Source: Selaginella moellendorffii
Lineage: Eukaryota; Plantae; Lycopodiophyta
Length of the DNA stretch: 64,000 nt
Reading direction: 5' to 3'
Assembly: GCF_000143415.4 (NCBI RefSeq)
Contig: NW_003314266.1
Coordinates: forward strand, 251,475-315,474
Shown here: one piece after another, positions 40,401 to 51,944 of the stretch
Layout of the letters: every line of letters begins with the position of its first letter
How positions within the stretch are numbered: the stretch's first letter is position 1
The notes under the pieces: model-generated
What the model was told of the DNA's origin: nothing
Database searches by the model: none
Seen by the model: only the letters and a program-made list of their open reading frames with translations
Made by a program: the position numbers and the translations under genes

Positions 40401-43045
40401 ATTGTACTCGACAATGCATTTGCCCTTGGAGTCACCCGCTATTGCGTTGAAGACCCAGCTGAGCATTTCCCATGCTGCACCTGGAGCTTTCTTTGGATTC
40501 GAAAGCTCCATAGCCGTCTTCAGTTCCTCAGGCACAGGTAAATTGACCTCCCTCAGATCAATTCGATCGGCTTTGTTGAACGAAGCTGGGAAGTCACTCC
40601 AGTCCCACTCTGCTGCAGGACCAATAACAAGGGCGACTGTGAAGATGCGGACATTCGTCGGTATCTTCTTCTTAGCCATTATCCCATGGATCTCCCGCAT
40701 CTCCTTGCCTTTCAACCGAGCCTTCACCTCGTTCAAGGCCTTCCAGAACTTGTGATAGGATTCGGAGTCGTAGATCATATAGTGGACTGAAGATTCCACC
40801 TCTGCAAGTCCCACCATTAAGTCAATGATGGAGCTGACTTCGTCTGCATGAGTGATCTCCTCGTTTGTGAAGTCCATCACACAAAAGATGTTCTTGACCT
40901 GCTCATCTCCGCGGGAAACGATGCTCCTCCACCTTTGATCCTCATCCGAATTCACGTATACCCGGTAAGGTTCTCGATAGGCCTCTGCTGCGGGGTCGAG
41001 CTGTTTCTGAAGCCGGCGGTCGACATCCCTCTTAATGAAATTTGGATACTGATCCAACTTCTCAGCTTTACTTTTCGTGGCATCCCGCAGCAGATCGATG
41101 AACTTGGGGGCCCCCTTCACGTACTCGTCGATGTCTTCATTTGACAAGTCCAGCTCTTCCATCATCTCTTGCGTGGTGTCGATGCTCACCCTCGCCACGG
41201 CCACTTGCTCGAAGATCCAATCCTTCAATAGCGCACGAGCTCTCAGAGTCGTGCACAAGTCCTCGTATGTCACAATATGGCCGGGAGTCATTTTGGTCTT
41301 GTTGAAGACTACCTCACCAAGTAGAAGAGCATTAGCCACTGTCAGAAGGTCGTCGTCGTCTAGAGACTGCGAGAAACGCAAGGCGTTGAGCTTCAAATCA
41401 TTGGGCTTCCGGCCGTCCTCCACACCCATTGAGTTTAGCAACTCCCCGTCATGGTACCTCCTTAGCACATCTACCCATTTGTCAAAAACAACTTTTGTCG
41501 CGAGTAGAATGTTATGGATGCTGAGTGTGTCATTGACCCCCAGTGTTTTCGAGAGAAGACTCGAGAATTCCTGCAATGGAAATGGCGTGAGGCCACATGC
41601 TATGCCACATGCAACGAGGCTTACCTGCCAGGCGCTAGTTGCTAGTGCACGTCCTTGTCCTGGTTTTTGTGGCTTCTTCAGTTGAACCCAGAGCTTCCGT
41701 GTTCGTGCCAATGTCTCGTGCAGACCCGATTTGTAGCACGTTTCTTGCTTGACATTCTGCGCGTGGGAGATGTATATGATAGATCGGAGGGGCAAGTTGC
41801 CTTTTATCAGGCGGACAACTCTTGTCTTGAAGACTTTCTTCACCTCCTCGCCCACCATAATATCCACAACTATCTGTTGCATCGCCAAGCTAGAATGCTG
41901 CCCGAAGACGGCATAGAACCGGATGTTCTGATCGTCCAACACCTTCCTATTGATCAAGTCTGGAAACCTCGTCTCGCCCTTCATTGTTCGGTAGTAGGGG
42001 ATCACGTCTGCGATGTCGGGTGTTACTGGACTTGCCAGCATCTTCTGCTTCAGTTTCTCCACCCACTCATCAGATACTAGCCTGTGGTTGTATTTGCTTT
42101 GGATCTCGATACGGCTCACGTCGATTGTATATACTTTGTTGGAATAGTAACAAGTACTATTATCTGCGACGATTTTTGCTGCCTCTTCTTGCTCTTTCTG
42201 CTCTTTGCGGCTCTTCTTTTTGGTGGGTGTAGTGTTCGAACCCGAGGCAATGGCATCACCGAGTAGCTTCTTTTTTGGAGCAGCAGAGTCGGACGTCGGC
42301 TTGAGCTTGACCACCCTTTTCTGCTTCGGGGTAGTTTCCAGATCGACCCCCTTCCCCTTCGCTTCGCAAACTGGAGGCACTCTCAACGGCTCAATGTTGG
42401 AATATAGTTTTTGAACATCGCCGTAGGTGAGGTCCGTGGATTCCATGTGATCTTCATAAACCCGCAGCGTCTTTGAAATTGTGGGCCTCCTGGACAACCT
42501 CTCCCTAGCTCCCTCTAGGAATTCCTCATAGCCGCTGCCCCCCTCCGGGAAGCCGCTAGGATGTGCAAGGTGGATCTTGAAGGCGGACGCTGTCTCTACC
42601 ACAAGTGCCAGTCCATATTCTTGCATGGAACTGCATGGAGTGTCTGTCACTTGGATGAGGATCCCCATGTATTCTTTTCTCCCACCATCTGTGTTGTACA
42701 GCATCAGATCCTCGCCTTCCATCCCGAAAGTCCAACTGGTGAGCTCCTCCCCCTTCTCTGCATCCACATTGACAGTGGCTGGAAGAAGAACGCAATTCCT
42801 CGCCTGTTCAAAAATGCACAACAATTAGAGCTGACAGATGAAAAGCTAGCAGCTGGAAATAACGTGAGGCCACACGCCATTCACCACTGCATCAGATGTC
42901 TTGAGGCTGCATCCTAAGATGGCGTGAGGCTACACGCCATCTGTAACCGGACTGCACTCGAGAGCCCAATCGGTGCATGCCAATGTTGCTACTGAATGGC
43001 ATGTGGCCTCATGCCATTTTCTACTTCGTCTAAAAGACTTACCAT
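37455..43045 (-). CDS. Transposon accessory gene, 11 exons, ~1631 aa: ParB/Srx-like + degenerate methyltransferase-like + acidic linker + FCP1/NIF-like HAD domain
   Basis: Manually spliced exons 43045-43043, 42803-41625, 41570-40262, 40211-40137, 40080-40009, 39959-39816, 39768-39217, 39159-39145, 39095-38988, 38940-38365 and 38317-37455. All introns are GT-AG (47-57 nt except the first, 239 nt); total 4896 nt, in frame, no stops. Confidence 0.7.
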
Positions 43046-44628
43046 TTGAAGCCGAATGGAGGCCGTGACAATCGAGGCCGGACTCGCTGGCGAATGTGCA
43101 CTGTGTGTGCAGCGGATCGTAGCAGCAAGGCTACTCTGCCACTTACAGTTGGAGAGTGGTGCTGAAATCTCCCGGGACGCCAAGTGGGCTGCGTGTGGGT
43201 GGTGGAGTGGGCGGCGGAGTTGGCGGCGAAGTTACAAACTGGGTGTGTCTTGAAGTGGACGCCGATGCACACGAGCGCGATGCGAGCGCGAGTGTGATGC
43301 AAGCGCGAGTGGACGCCGATGCACACGAGAAACCTGTAGAGAAGTGAGCGTGATCGCGAGTGGGAGCGCGATGCGAGCGGGAGCGCGAGTGTGATGCGAG
43401 CGCGAGCGCGAGTACAAAGCAAAATGCAAAACCTAACCTCACACGCGCGAAATTTCACAACGGTTGGTAATCCCGCCACGTCATCATTCCTCGGACTTGG
43501 GCGCCACCATTAATTTCTGGATTGCCGCGCGCATGCAAGCACGCAAAATCCAAAAGAAATCCGCAACGTCATCATTCCTCGGACTGCATGCACGCGAAAT
43601 CCAAAAGAAAGATCATGATTGGGATATCATTTAATACCCTCGCTATATTTATACCATGCATGATTGGATATTCCAAAGCATCTTGTATTTCCAAAAATGG
43701 CAGATGTTCAGCTAAATAAAGAAATTCTATCTGTTTCTATTTTTCTCTCAAATCAATATTATAGCGTGTGGGCTCATGCAATTTTGAACCAAAGAAACCC
43801 AAAAAACGTTGGACCCAAAATATTTTGAAAAAACCCAAAAAACCCTAAACATTTTAAACCCAAAAATCCAGGCGTCCTGTGGCGTTATTCCTTGAATGGC
43901 GTGTGGGCGCATGCCATTTTCAGGGCCAAATGCTGAATGGAGAAAAATTCCCTTTCAGTGCAAATGCTGCAAGAGGCAGATGCCGAGCACAAAAGACTGT
44001 AACTACCTCACATGACACAGATAAACTTTTCTCTATTTGGCAAAGATAAACTTTATAGCGTGTGGGCTCATGCAATTTTGAACCCAAAAAATGCACCAAA
44101 AAATTCTCGGCGTCATCTGGCATTATCTCTTGAATGGCGTGGGGCCGCATGCCATTTTCAGGGGCACATAGGAGTATATTCCTAGGATATTCTGACACGC
44201 ACGAGATTTTTTTGAGTTTTCTGGAGATCCAACCGTTAGATCGCAACTAGATTTTACAGAATGGTATACAATGTCTTTCTTGATGACCCTGCAAAGAAGC
44301 ATCTCAATCGGACACCACATGAGACCACACGAGCCTTACAATGTTTCAGGGGCATTTGCCATAGATCCGACCGTTATTTTGCTCCAAGATTTCACAGTTT
44401 GGTGTGCATTGACCTTTCCATCGAAACTGCAAAGGGACATCACAATCAGATGCGAGATCACAAAAAACTAACTTCACTAACTCTGGTTTCACCAAGATCT
44501 ACGTAAGGAGTTATGAAATGAAAGGACCCTCTCTATTGAAATGTGTTTATGGTCCTAGGGGCATTGTGACATATCAAAGGATTTTACATCAAGTTCTGTA
44601 TTTGCATGTTTATCAAGCTACTGAATTG

Positions 44629-44661
44629 CTAAACCCTAAACCCTAAACCCTAAACCCTAAA
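44629..44661. repeat. Interstitial plant telomeric repeat (CCCTAAA)x4 / telo-box cluster
   Basis: ctaaaccctaaaccctaaaccctaaaccctaaa. Confidence 0.9.
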
Positions 44662-45992
44662 CATGTGGCAAATGCTGCGTGAAGAAAGATGCCCTTTCTG
44701 GGCAAATGCTGTAAGAGGCAGATGCCGAGCAGATGTATCTCAGGCTAGCGAAGGGGACGAACGAAAGCTAGCTATAAACATGACGGGATGCAAATAGATT
44801 ACTAGGCTAGTCCTACGAAAATCAAAAACCATAATTGAAAACATTGAAAATGCAAAAAGAAAGGTTTATAATATTTTTGAATTTTAGGCAACCAAAGGAA
44901 TGTAAGTAGGGCATGTGTTTGTAAGTTTAAAAATGCCTCAACCACTTAAATTCCCAAGTAAATAAAGCTGTTTCTATTTTTGGTACAGGTAAACTTTATA
45001 GCGTGTGGGCTCATGCAATTTTGAACCCAAAAATGCACCAAAAAATGCTCGACTAGCATTATTCTTTGAATGGCGTGTGGCCTTATGTCGAGCATTATTC
45101 TTTGAATGGCGTGTGGCCTTATATTGCCATAAATGGACGTACACACACAGCGTAATTATTCCTTTACACGGCGAATAATCTTGGCGCGGATCGCTGACAT
45201 GGCATGGCAAAGTTCGAATCACTGACATGGCATAGCTGGATCGAGGCAAGGACATGATGTGACAAAGTTCAACCTCCGACAGCAAAGTCTAGAAGCTACT
45301 CAGTTTGAAATTTGTCAGAGGAATCATAAGATCTGGTTTGTCAGAGGATTTGATGTGACGTTCAAGCGTGTGTTATTTTTGAATTCTCGAACTCATTCCT
45401 AGGTCTATCATTTTTGTGCGCCGTGTTCTTGGTTCCGCTGAGCGCAGTGAGCGCTGCTTGTGTAAGCGGCGTTGTGGGCTGTGGTTTATGCGTCTACGAG
45501 CGGTTGCGGCATTGCGAGCGCCATTGCGAGCGGCAGTTTATGCGAGTGGCAGTTTGTGCGAGCGGCGCTACGAGCAGTTGCGGTGTTGCGAGCGGCGCTA
45601 CGAGTAGTTGCGGTGTTGCGAGCGGCACTGTCTTTGGTGTGGCTACCGCTTCCTCTTGATATTCGGCACTTGTGCTTCCTGGTATGTTCACCATGGAATG
45701 GCTTAGGACCACATTTAGAAATGGCATGAGGCCACATGCCATCTTGGGCCCTTGCAATTTCATGGCTAGCGTATTGTCATGTATGTTTTTACTTGCCTGC
45801 AGCTGTGTGTATATCAAGATGGCATGAGGCCTCATGCCAATTTTGTGAATGCGAAATTTCACGTGGGTGTCAATAGCATGTTTGAATAATGGCATGTGGC
45901 CTCATGCTATTGAGGTTGTTTGGTATGTTATGATTTAGGCCATTCTCCAATCATTTTTTGTATGGTCTTAACTTCTTTTCTGCACTTTCAGA

Positions 45993-48900
45993 ATGGCCTT
46001 CAAGGTTGGGGAAAAGGTTTACATTTTGAATGGTGGGAAGAGAGTTGCAAAAGGGACCCTTGTGTCTATGGATCGGAACTTTGTTATACACTGTGAAAGG
46101 CTTGGGGAAGGCAATGCTGCTGTATCAGTAGAGACTGTCTTCGATGGGAATGTGGTCGCTATTGAACGAGGAGAGATGGTCGTCGGGGTAAATGTTGTTG
46201 TTGCCTTGAAAAATCTTCAGAAGAAAGCAGATGTTGGGGACAGCGCAAGTGCGACGCATGTTCCCTCCGTGGATCTTAAGAACCGTGCTACATGGATTCA
46301 GGCAAAAGTGTTTCTAAACAACCCCGAGGGGGAGGTGGTAGCTGAGGGCTTAGCCACAGTTGTCGATCCAAGAGATGCGGTTGCTAATCAAGAATTGGGC
46401 TGGGATGATATTGGAGTTGCGATTTTAGAGGTTGTTGACACAGAAGAAAACAGTCTGACTATTGGAAGCATTGTGCGGTGAAAATTGAGGCACTTAGTGT
46501 TTGAGAATGTGAAGGATTCACAATCAAACACCACTACAACTGATGACAGAACATCTCTTCATGGGAAAAGAAAGTACACCTTCCTAAAGCGCAGCCAAAG
46601 GGATCTGAGCAACGAACCGAAAAGGCAGAAAATGGCGATGGAGGTTCGAATGGTCTCGACAGTTGCTTGTTGCAAGAGGAGGTGCTGTCAACATGCTGAT
46701 TGGGATGCTATTGAAGAGGAGAGAGCAAGATACAAGACATTGTCCTGGAAGGCAGCTCGCAATTTTGTGTATGAGGCATTACGGTCATCTGTTGATGCTT
46801 CAGAACATCAGGTGGGGGGCATGGTCTTCCAGAGGGGTTTGGTCTGCATGAAGGCATGGAGAATCATTTATGGAGTCCCTCGAAGCACATTCTACAGAAT
46901 CAAAACTGAGTTCGAGGAACAAAGGGTTCAACAGGCAGTCCATGGGAACGACGGTACGCACAAAACCAGGGGTCATGTTGTATATGGAGAGGCAATCTTC
47001 AAGAGGTTTGTCGAGACATGTAGCGAGCAGCAACCACATAAAACCCGCCTCTTGGAAGATGGAACACGAGACACCTAACGAGTTCTCCCTTCCATGTATA
47101 CCAAGGGGGCCATATTGGAAGATGTGAATCGGGAACTCCAGAGTAATGGCTACAGGAAGCTGAGCCAATCTAGATTTAGTAGATTGTGGAGCAACAGGTT
47201 CAGGGATGTGAGTATAGGAAAGTACTCCAGCTTTTCAAAGTGTGACGAGTGCACTGCTATCAAAATGGCTTTGTCGAAGAATTCTTGCAGCGCTCAAGAG
47301 CGAGAGACGTTGGTTAGAAGGCGGCTCGACCACAACATCGAGCAGAGAAGCTGCAGGACTGCATATTATCATAACAGGATTCTCTCCATGGAGAGACCTA
47401 ACTCTTACCTCTGCATCATCCACGACAAAATGGACCAGAAAAAGACGTGCTTACCTCGACTCAATCCTGCCCCCAAGGCAATCTCTTCATCCATGCAGCT
47501 GCCTGTGTCTCTGTTTGGCATAATCGCTCATGGGCATGGTGCCCAGAACTATGGGAACTTCTTTGTACCTCTATGGGGTGGCGGGGGTGCAAACATGATG
47601 ATTGCGTCCCTAGCAAAACACTTAAGGTCTCTGCAAAGTGCGCAGACTGAGCTGAACGGCCAACCCTTGCATAAGGCCCTTGTCGATCGAACCCCATACA
47701 GGGTTCAGCTGGAGGAGGAGCAAAGGCTTGCAGTATCGCGTGGGGCCCCATGCCATCCCAGTGAATATGTTGGCCGTCAGATTGTAGGGTTATCACGTGA
47801 GGCCTCATGCCATTCCGACGAGGCTGGTCGCCCGGTGAATGCACAGCCTCATCCAAACGAAGCAGAATCTCAAGGAAGTTCTTGCGGCCGATGTGGCCTT
47901 CCACCCCATCTTCTGCTCCAAACAGACAATGCTAGCAGTGAGAACAAAAACATGTACGTCTTCGCGTACTTGGCGATGCTTGTTGCCAAAGGCATATTTG
48001 AAACGGTTACACTTGGCTTTCTCATGGTTGGGCACACTCATGAAGACGTCGATGCCATGTTCAGTCACCTGGCAGAGTCCCTCCGGCGATCCAATGTCCT
48101 CACCCTCCCACAACTCTACGATGAATTCCAAAATTGCATCAAAGGCACTGTTGAAGCTGCACTTCTGACAGAGGTTCCAGACTTTAAGGGGTTTGTAAGA
48201 GGCTACATCAGGGATGGATCCGAAACGCTGATTGGCCACTCCAAGCCTCTTCAGTTTCATTTCAGCATGTGTGACGGTGCTCCAGTGATGAGGTACAAGA
48301 TGAGAGAATGGGACACAGTGTGGCTGCCAGTGGACGGCATTGAACTCTTCAAGAGAGATCCCATAACTGGGGAACCTATGATTCCTCAGGGTTCCCCACG
48401 GCCGATGCACCCGGATGGACTCAAAGACCAGGAAAGTATAGTGGCCGGGATTAGACAGCATATTGCCTTCTGGAAGAGGGGGTTGGTGTTTGGTGGAGAA
48501 TCCTATTTTCAGAGGTGCAAGCCTTTGCTCGAATACTGGGAGAAGATTATATCTGCTATCCAAAATGGGCCGGTTGTATATGAAGAATTGGAAGAGTCCT
48601 TTTGGCCAGAACCCAGAGCACCAGATAGTAGCGGAACAATGTCCTCTGGAAATGCAGTGACAGATAACGATGTTGAGGATCACTATTGTGGGCCGAGGAA
48701 CAAGAAGCCGGATTCAGCATTCAATCCAGTACAGGTCTGCAAAGGAATGGTCGTGCTTGTCAGACCCAGTAATAAAAAACAAATGATATGGGTGGGGCGC
48801 TGCATCACTGATGCAGAGGAGGACGCGGAAACTAACTCCTTCAATGTAACTGTGGAGTGGTTCAAGCCAAGTTCCGGATATACGAAGGATTGCCTAGAAA

Positions 48901-49133
48901 AGAGATGGGTGCTGAATCCAAGGGATCCCAGCATGAGCATATCGGTGGATAATGTTGTGCATGGTTGGATGCGGAAGCAGAGTGCCACCATCACCTTGCC
49001 AGACCATGCAAGAGATGCAGCAAGAGCATTCATAACTCGGGTTCAAGGTGAGATTCATTAATATTCCTTTACAAAGTTTCTAATGTATTTTATTTCAAGG
49101 TGAACAATCCGAATCTGAATCAGAGGAGGCTTG
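45993..49133 (+). pseudogene. Sola-like DDD transposase with tandem N-terminal Tnp1/En/Spm-like domains; two premature stops
   Basis: A single frame 45993-49061 broken only by TGA at 46479 and TAA at 47076. Motifs: SKCDEC, IIHDKMDQKK, LQTDNASSENKN, FLMVGHTHEDVDAMFS. Probable last intron at ~49048-49099. Confidence 0.8.
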
Positions 49134-49349
49134 ATATAGTGTGTGAGGTAAAACAAAGATGATGTGACATATGCATTTACCAATCACACGTGCATAAATC
49201 TAATAATATGGCGTGTGGCCCATATTAATGGCACATAAACCCATATTGTGGGCTTACGTGCTTTATGTACCATCATTCCCTTGCAGCGTGTGTGTTGGTT
49301 TCCTTTTATAACACAACGAACTCCATATTTTAGGGTGAAGAGCGTTCTC

Positions 49350-49607
49350 ATGGCAAGCACAAAATCTGTAAGTGAGGCAGAAAAGGAGACGGAGAAGGAG
49401 ATAGGTGAAGATGTAGAATATATAAGTCTTCCAAACTCCCCGTACTATACTCCAGGTGATCATTTTTCTGAACAAACGGCAACATTAACAACTATCGAGA
49501 ACGCCCCAGTAACGTCAGAGACAACAATCCAAAGCAAAACAACTGACCCGGAGAAGGATGATAGTACCGCTGAGAGTACCAAAAAGGAGGTGTCCACTAG
49601 CGCTTAG
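49350..49607 (+). CDS. Small 85-aa acidic Ser/Thr-rich ORF inside the TIR element
   Basis: Open frame whose SLPxSPYYT motif is conserved in the diverged homologue at 34439. Confidence 0.45.
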   Translation: MASTKSVSEAEKETEKEIGEDVEYISLPNSPYYTPGDHFSEQTATLTTIENAPVTSETTIQSKTTDPEKDDSTAESTKKEVSTSA

Positions 49608-50267
49608 GCTTATAATGGCGTGTGCCCTCATGCCATTTACTTGATCACCAAATACCTTTTTCCCTTTGCACTAGTATATCTTAATACCGGTCTGAGAAAT
49701 AGAATGGCATGTGCCCTCAGGCCTTTTACTAAATCACCTTTGAAAGAAATGCAAGCCTCTATGTCGTAAAAAAAAGGTACTAGAGAAATTCCTTAATAAT
49801 ATGAATGTTATTTAGTTTCATGAAAATACACTAAGGGTCAAATGAGTTAAATGACTTCTCCAGACTAGCAATGCCTCTTGCTACACCTTCACAATTAGAT
49901 TCGTTAGAAAAAGATAACATTGAATAATATCTAAATGTTCTCACCATTAAGTTATATGTCTGGCTAATAGGAATGATGTTCATCTTGGAAAGCTCACCAC
50001 ACGCTCAATGAACAAACAAATAGTGTGTGCGCGCATGCCATCGCTCTTCTTTAGCTTCAGATTCGGCTTGTTCACCTTGACAATGAGATTTATTATACAA
50101 CTAGATGGACTCAGTCTGGACATAAGATCACCGCGCTAGTCACCATGCCCCAGATATGTCTAGCCCCTGGACAAAAAACATATAATTTCACGTCATTTTC
50201 AAATACTTGAAAATTTGTACCTAGTCCCATTTTACTGAATAAATCCCACTTTAACGAAATAGAGCTT

Positions 50268-51900
50268 ACTAACGGTTGAACTAACGCTGTATATCCATGT
50301 TGATGTTGTTTTCCATGAAAGATGTCAACAATCTACTGTAAGAGCTAATAAAGATACCCACAATGCCTCATTGTGTTATTGGGGATACAGGACGGACCTA
50401 TAAAGGAGCTAAGTGAATGAAAAAAGTAATAAATAATATGCTACCATCATATGCTGTGTTGTCGATGAGAGTTCTTCCAACTCCTCTTCATGAGCATCTT
50501 GTCGAGTTGGAATAAAATTACTACTAACAGTCATTACTGCAAAAAACATGTATTACCACCTTTAGTTTGTAAAATTCACTTTTGCTTACCTTGTGGTCGA
50601 TGTGATATTCTATGAACCACTTGATCATCATTATTTACTGATAGAACTTAATCTGAATCTTGGTTGTTTGATGGTTGAACTGGAGCTTGATCTTGGCTGT
50701 CTGGTGGTGGAATATGAACTTGATCTGGAGCTTCCTCATCCCCATCTCCATCGTCACTTGCATTGCCATCGTTGCTAGCATTGACAACTTTCTCGCAATC
50801 TAGTGTAAAAGTTTCCTTCCCTAGGAGCTCCAACTCCCAAGGGCATTCTATCTTCCATGCCTTCAGAACTCTCACAAACATTGTTAGGTACATTTCTCCA
50901 TCCCTTACACCCTATGTAATAAGTCGAGTGCAAACTGGTGCCTCAAATGGCATGCCTCTATATCAAAGATACCTGTAAACAATATATATTTAAAAAAAGT
51001 CTTAGAAATCATATTATACCTATAAGCTACACATCGCATGAAATAAGGTTGACCATGTTAGCAATCATAAGTTGTTGTCCTTGTAGATTTCTTTGGCAGC
51101 CACCCTTCTTCAATCCCTTCCAATGATGTGTTGATGTAGGTGTCGAAATACATGAATGTGCCATCTAGATCGTCACTAATGTGTGGTGCCAAAAACTTCT
51201 CACATTCACTTATAATTTGCATGATGTAGACAGCCCTTCTCATTATATTCTCAAATAGTTTTGGCAGTCCTTTCTCTCTGTTCATCAAGCAGACATTGAG
51301 GAATTCTAGAATCTCTATTTGTTGCTTATATGGAAGTTTTGATTTTGCGATATTGTAAATCATGTCATCTGGAATTTTGTTCATTGCAAAAGTAATATAT
51401 GCATAATTGAAAAACATTAAGTGTGATAAAAAACTTACATTCATGAGAAGAAATTTCAACTATAATCTCTAGCCACTCCTTTGGTCTGCGATTGTCTGCT
51501 ATGCATACTAGTTTCTTCAACTTTGAAGACTTTGCATGCTGAATTTTGTGCTCAATTTATATGAACTCAGCTGAGAGCTCTTCCCGACTCTTCTCCGGAT
51601 ATGCAAGTTCGTAAGCATCTTGCTTGACCTTCACCAAAGGCTAAAAACCAAAACAATTAAAAGAGGCTTTTACAAAATAAAAGGGAAAGACATACCTTAC
51701 ACCACACAACGAGCATAAAACTGATTAAGTTGTTGAACCAAGTTGTACCATCATTTCGAGTGCGTGAGTGCCTAACAAGTGTTGTGAGATCATCACCATA
51801 ATGTTGGCAGATGTCAAGTTTGCCAAAAATCATAGTTGCTCAATATCATAGACAAAGTTTTGCTCTTGAATAGCAAACTGCCCAAGCTTGCATTTAAACA
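50268..51900 (-). pseudogene. Decayed multi-exon gene, probably the upstream exons of the methyltransferase-like gene at 36290-37023
   Basis: Exon-like open stretches bounded by short GT-AG introns on the - strand; contiguous with 37023 once the TIR element and one TSD are removed. Confidence 0.4.
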
Positions 51901-51944
51901 CGACAAAATAAGTTAAAGTGAAGTTAGAGGTAAAATTATTGCAA

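Larger units (their letters stand above)
37024..50267 (+). mobile_element. 13.2-kb TIR DNA transposon, Sola-like
   Basis: 24-bp TIR AAGCTCTATTTCGTTAAAGTGGGA at 37024-37047 and its reverse complement at 50244-50267; 4-bp TSD ACTA (37020-37023, 50268-50271); internal DDD-type transposase. Confidence 0.88.

Noticed and set aside
36290-43045. Bacterial contamination as the source of the ParB/MTase-like sequences
   Set aside because: The genes have spliceosomal introns and are nested among plant retrotransposons with TSDs.
44629-44661. True chromosome end
   Set aside because: Only four repeat units, internal to a TIR element.
47461-49033. Minus-strand ORFs opposite the transposase
   Set aside because: Antisense shadows of the transposase frame.
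37399-50041. Reading the 22-bp palindromes as a CRISPR array
   Set aside because: Spacing is irregular (tens to thousands of bp), the context is an intron-containing eukaryotic locus, and there are no cas genes.
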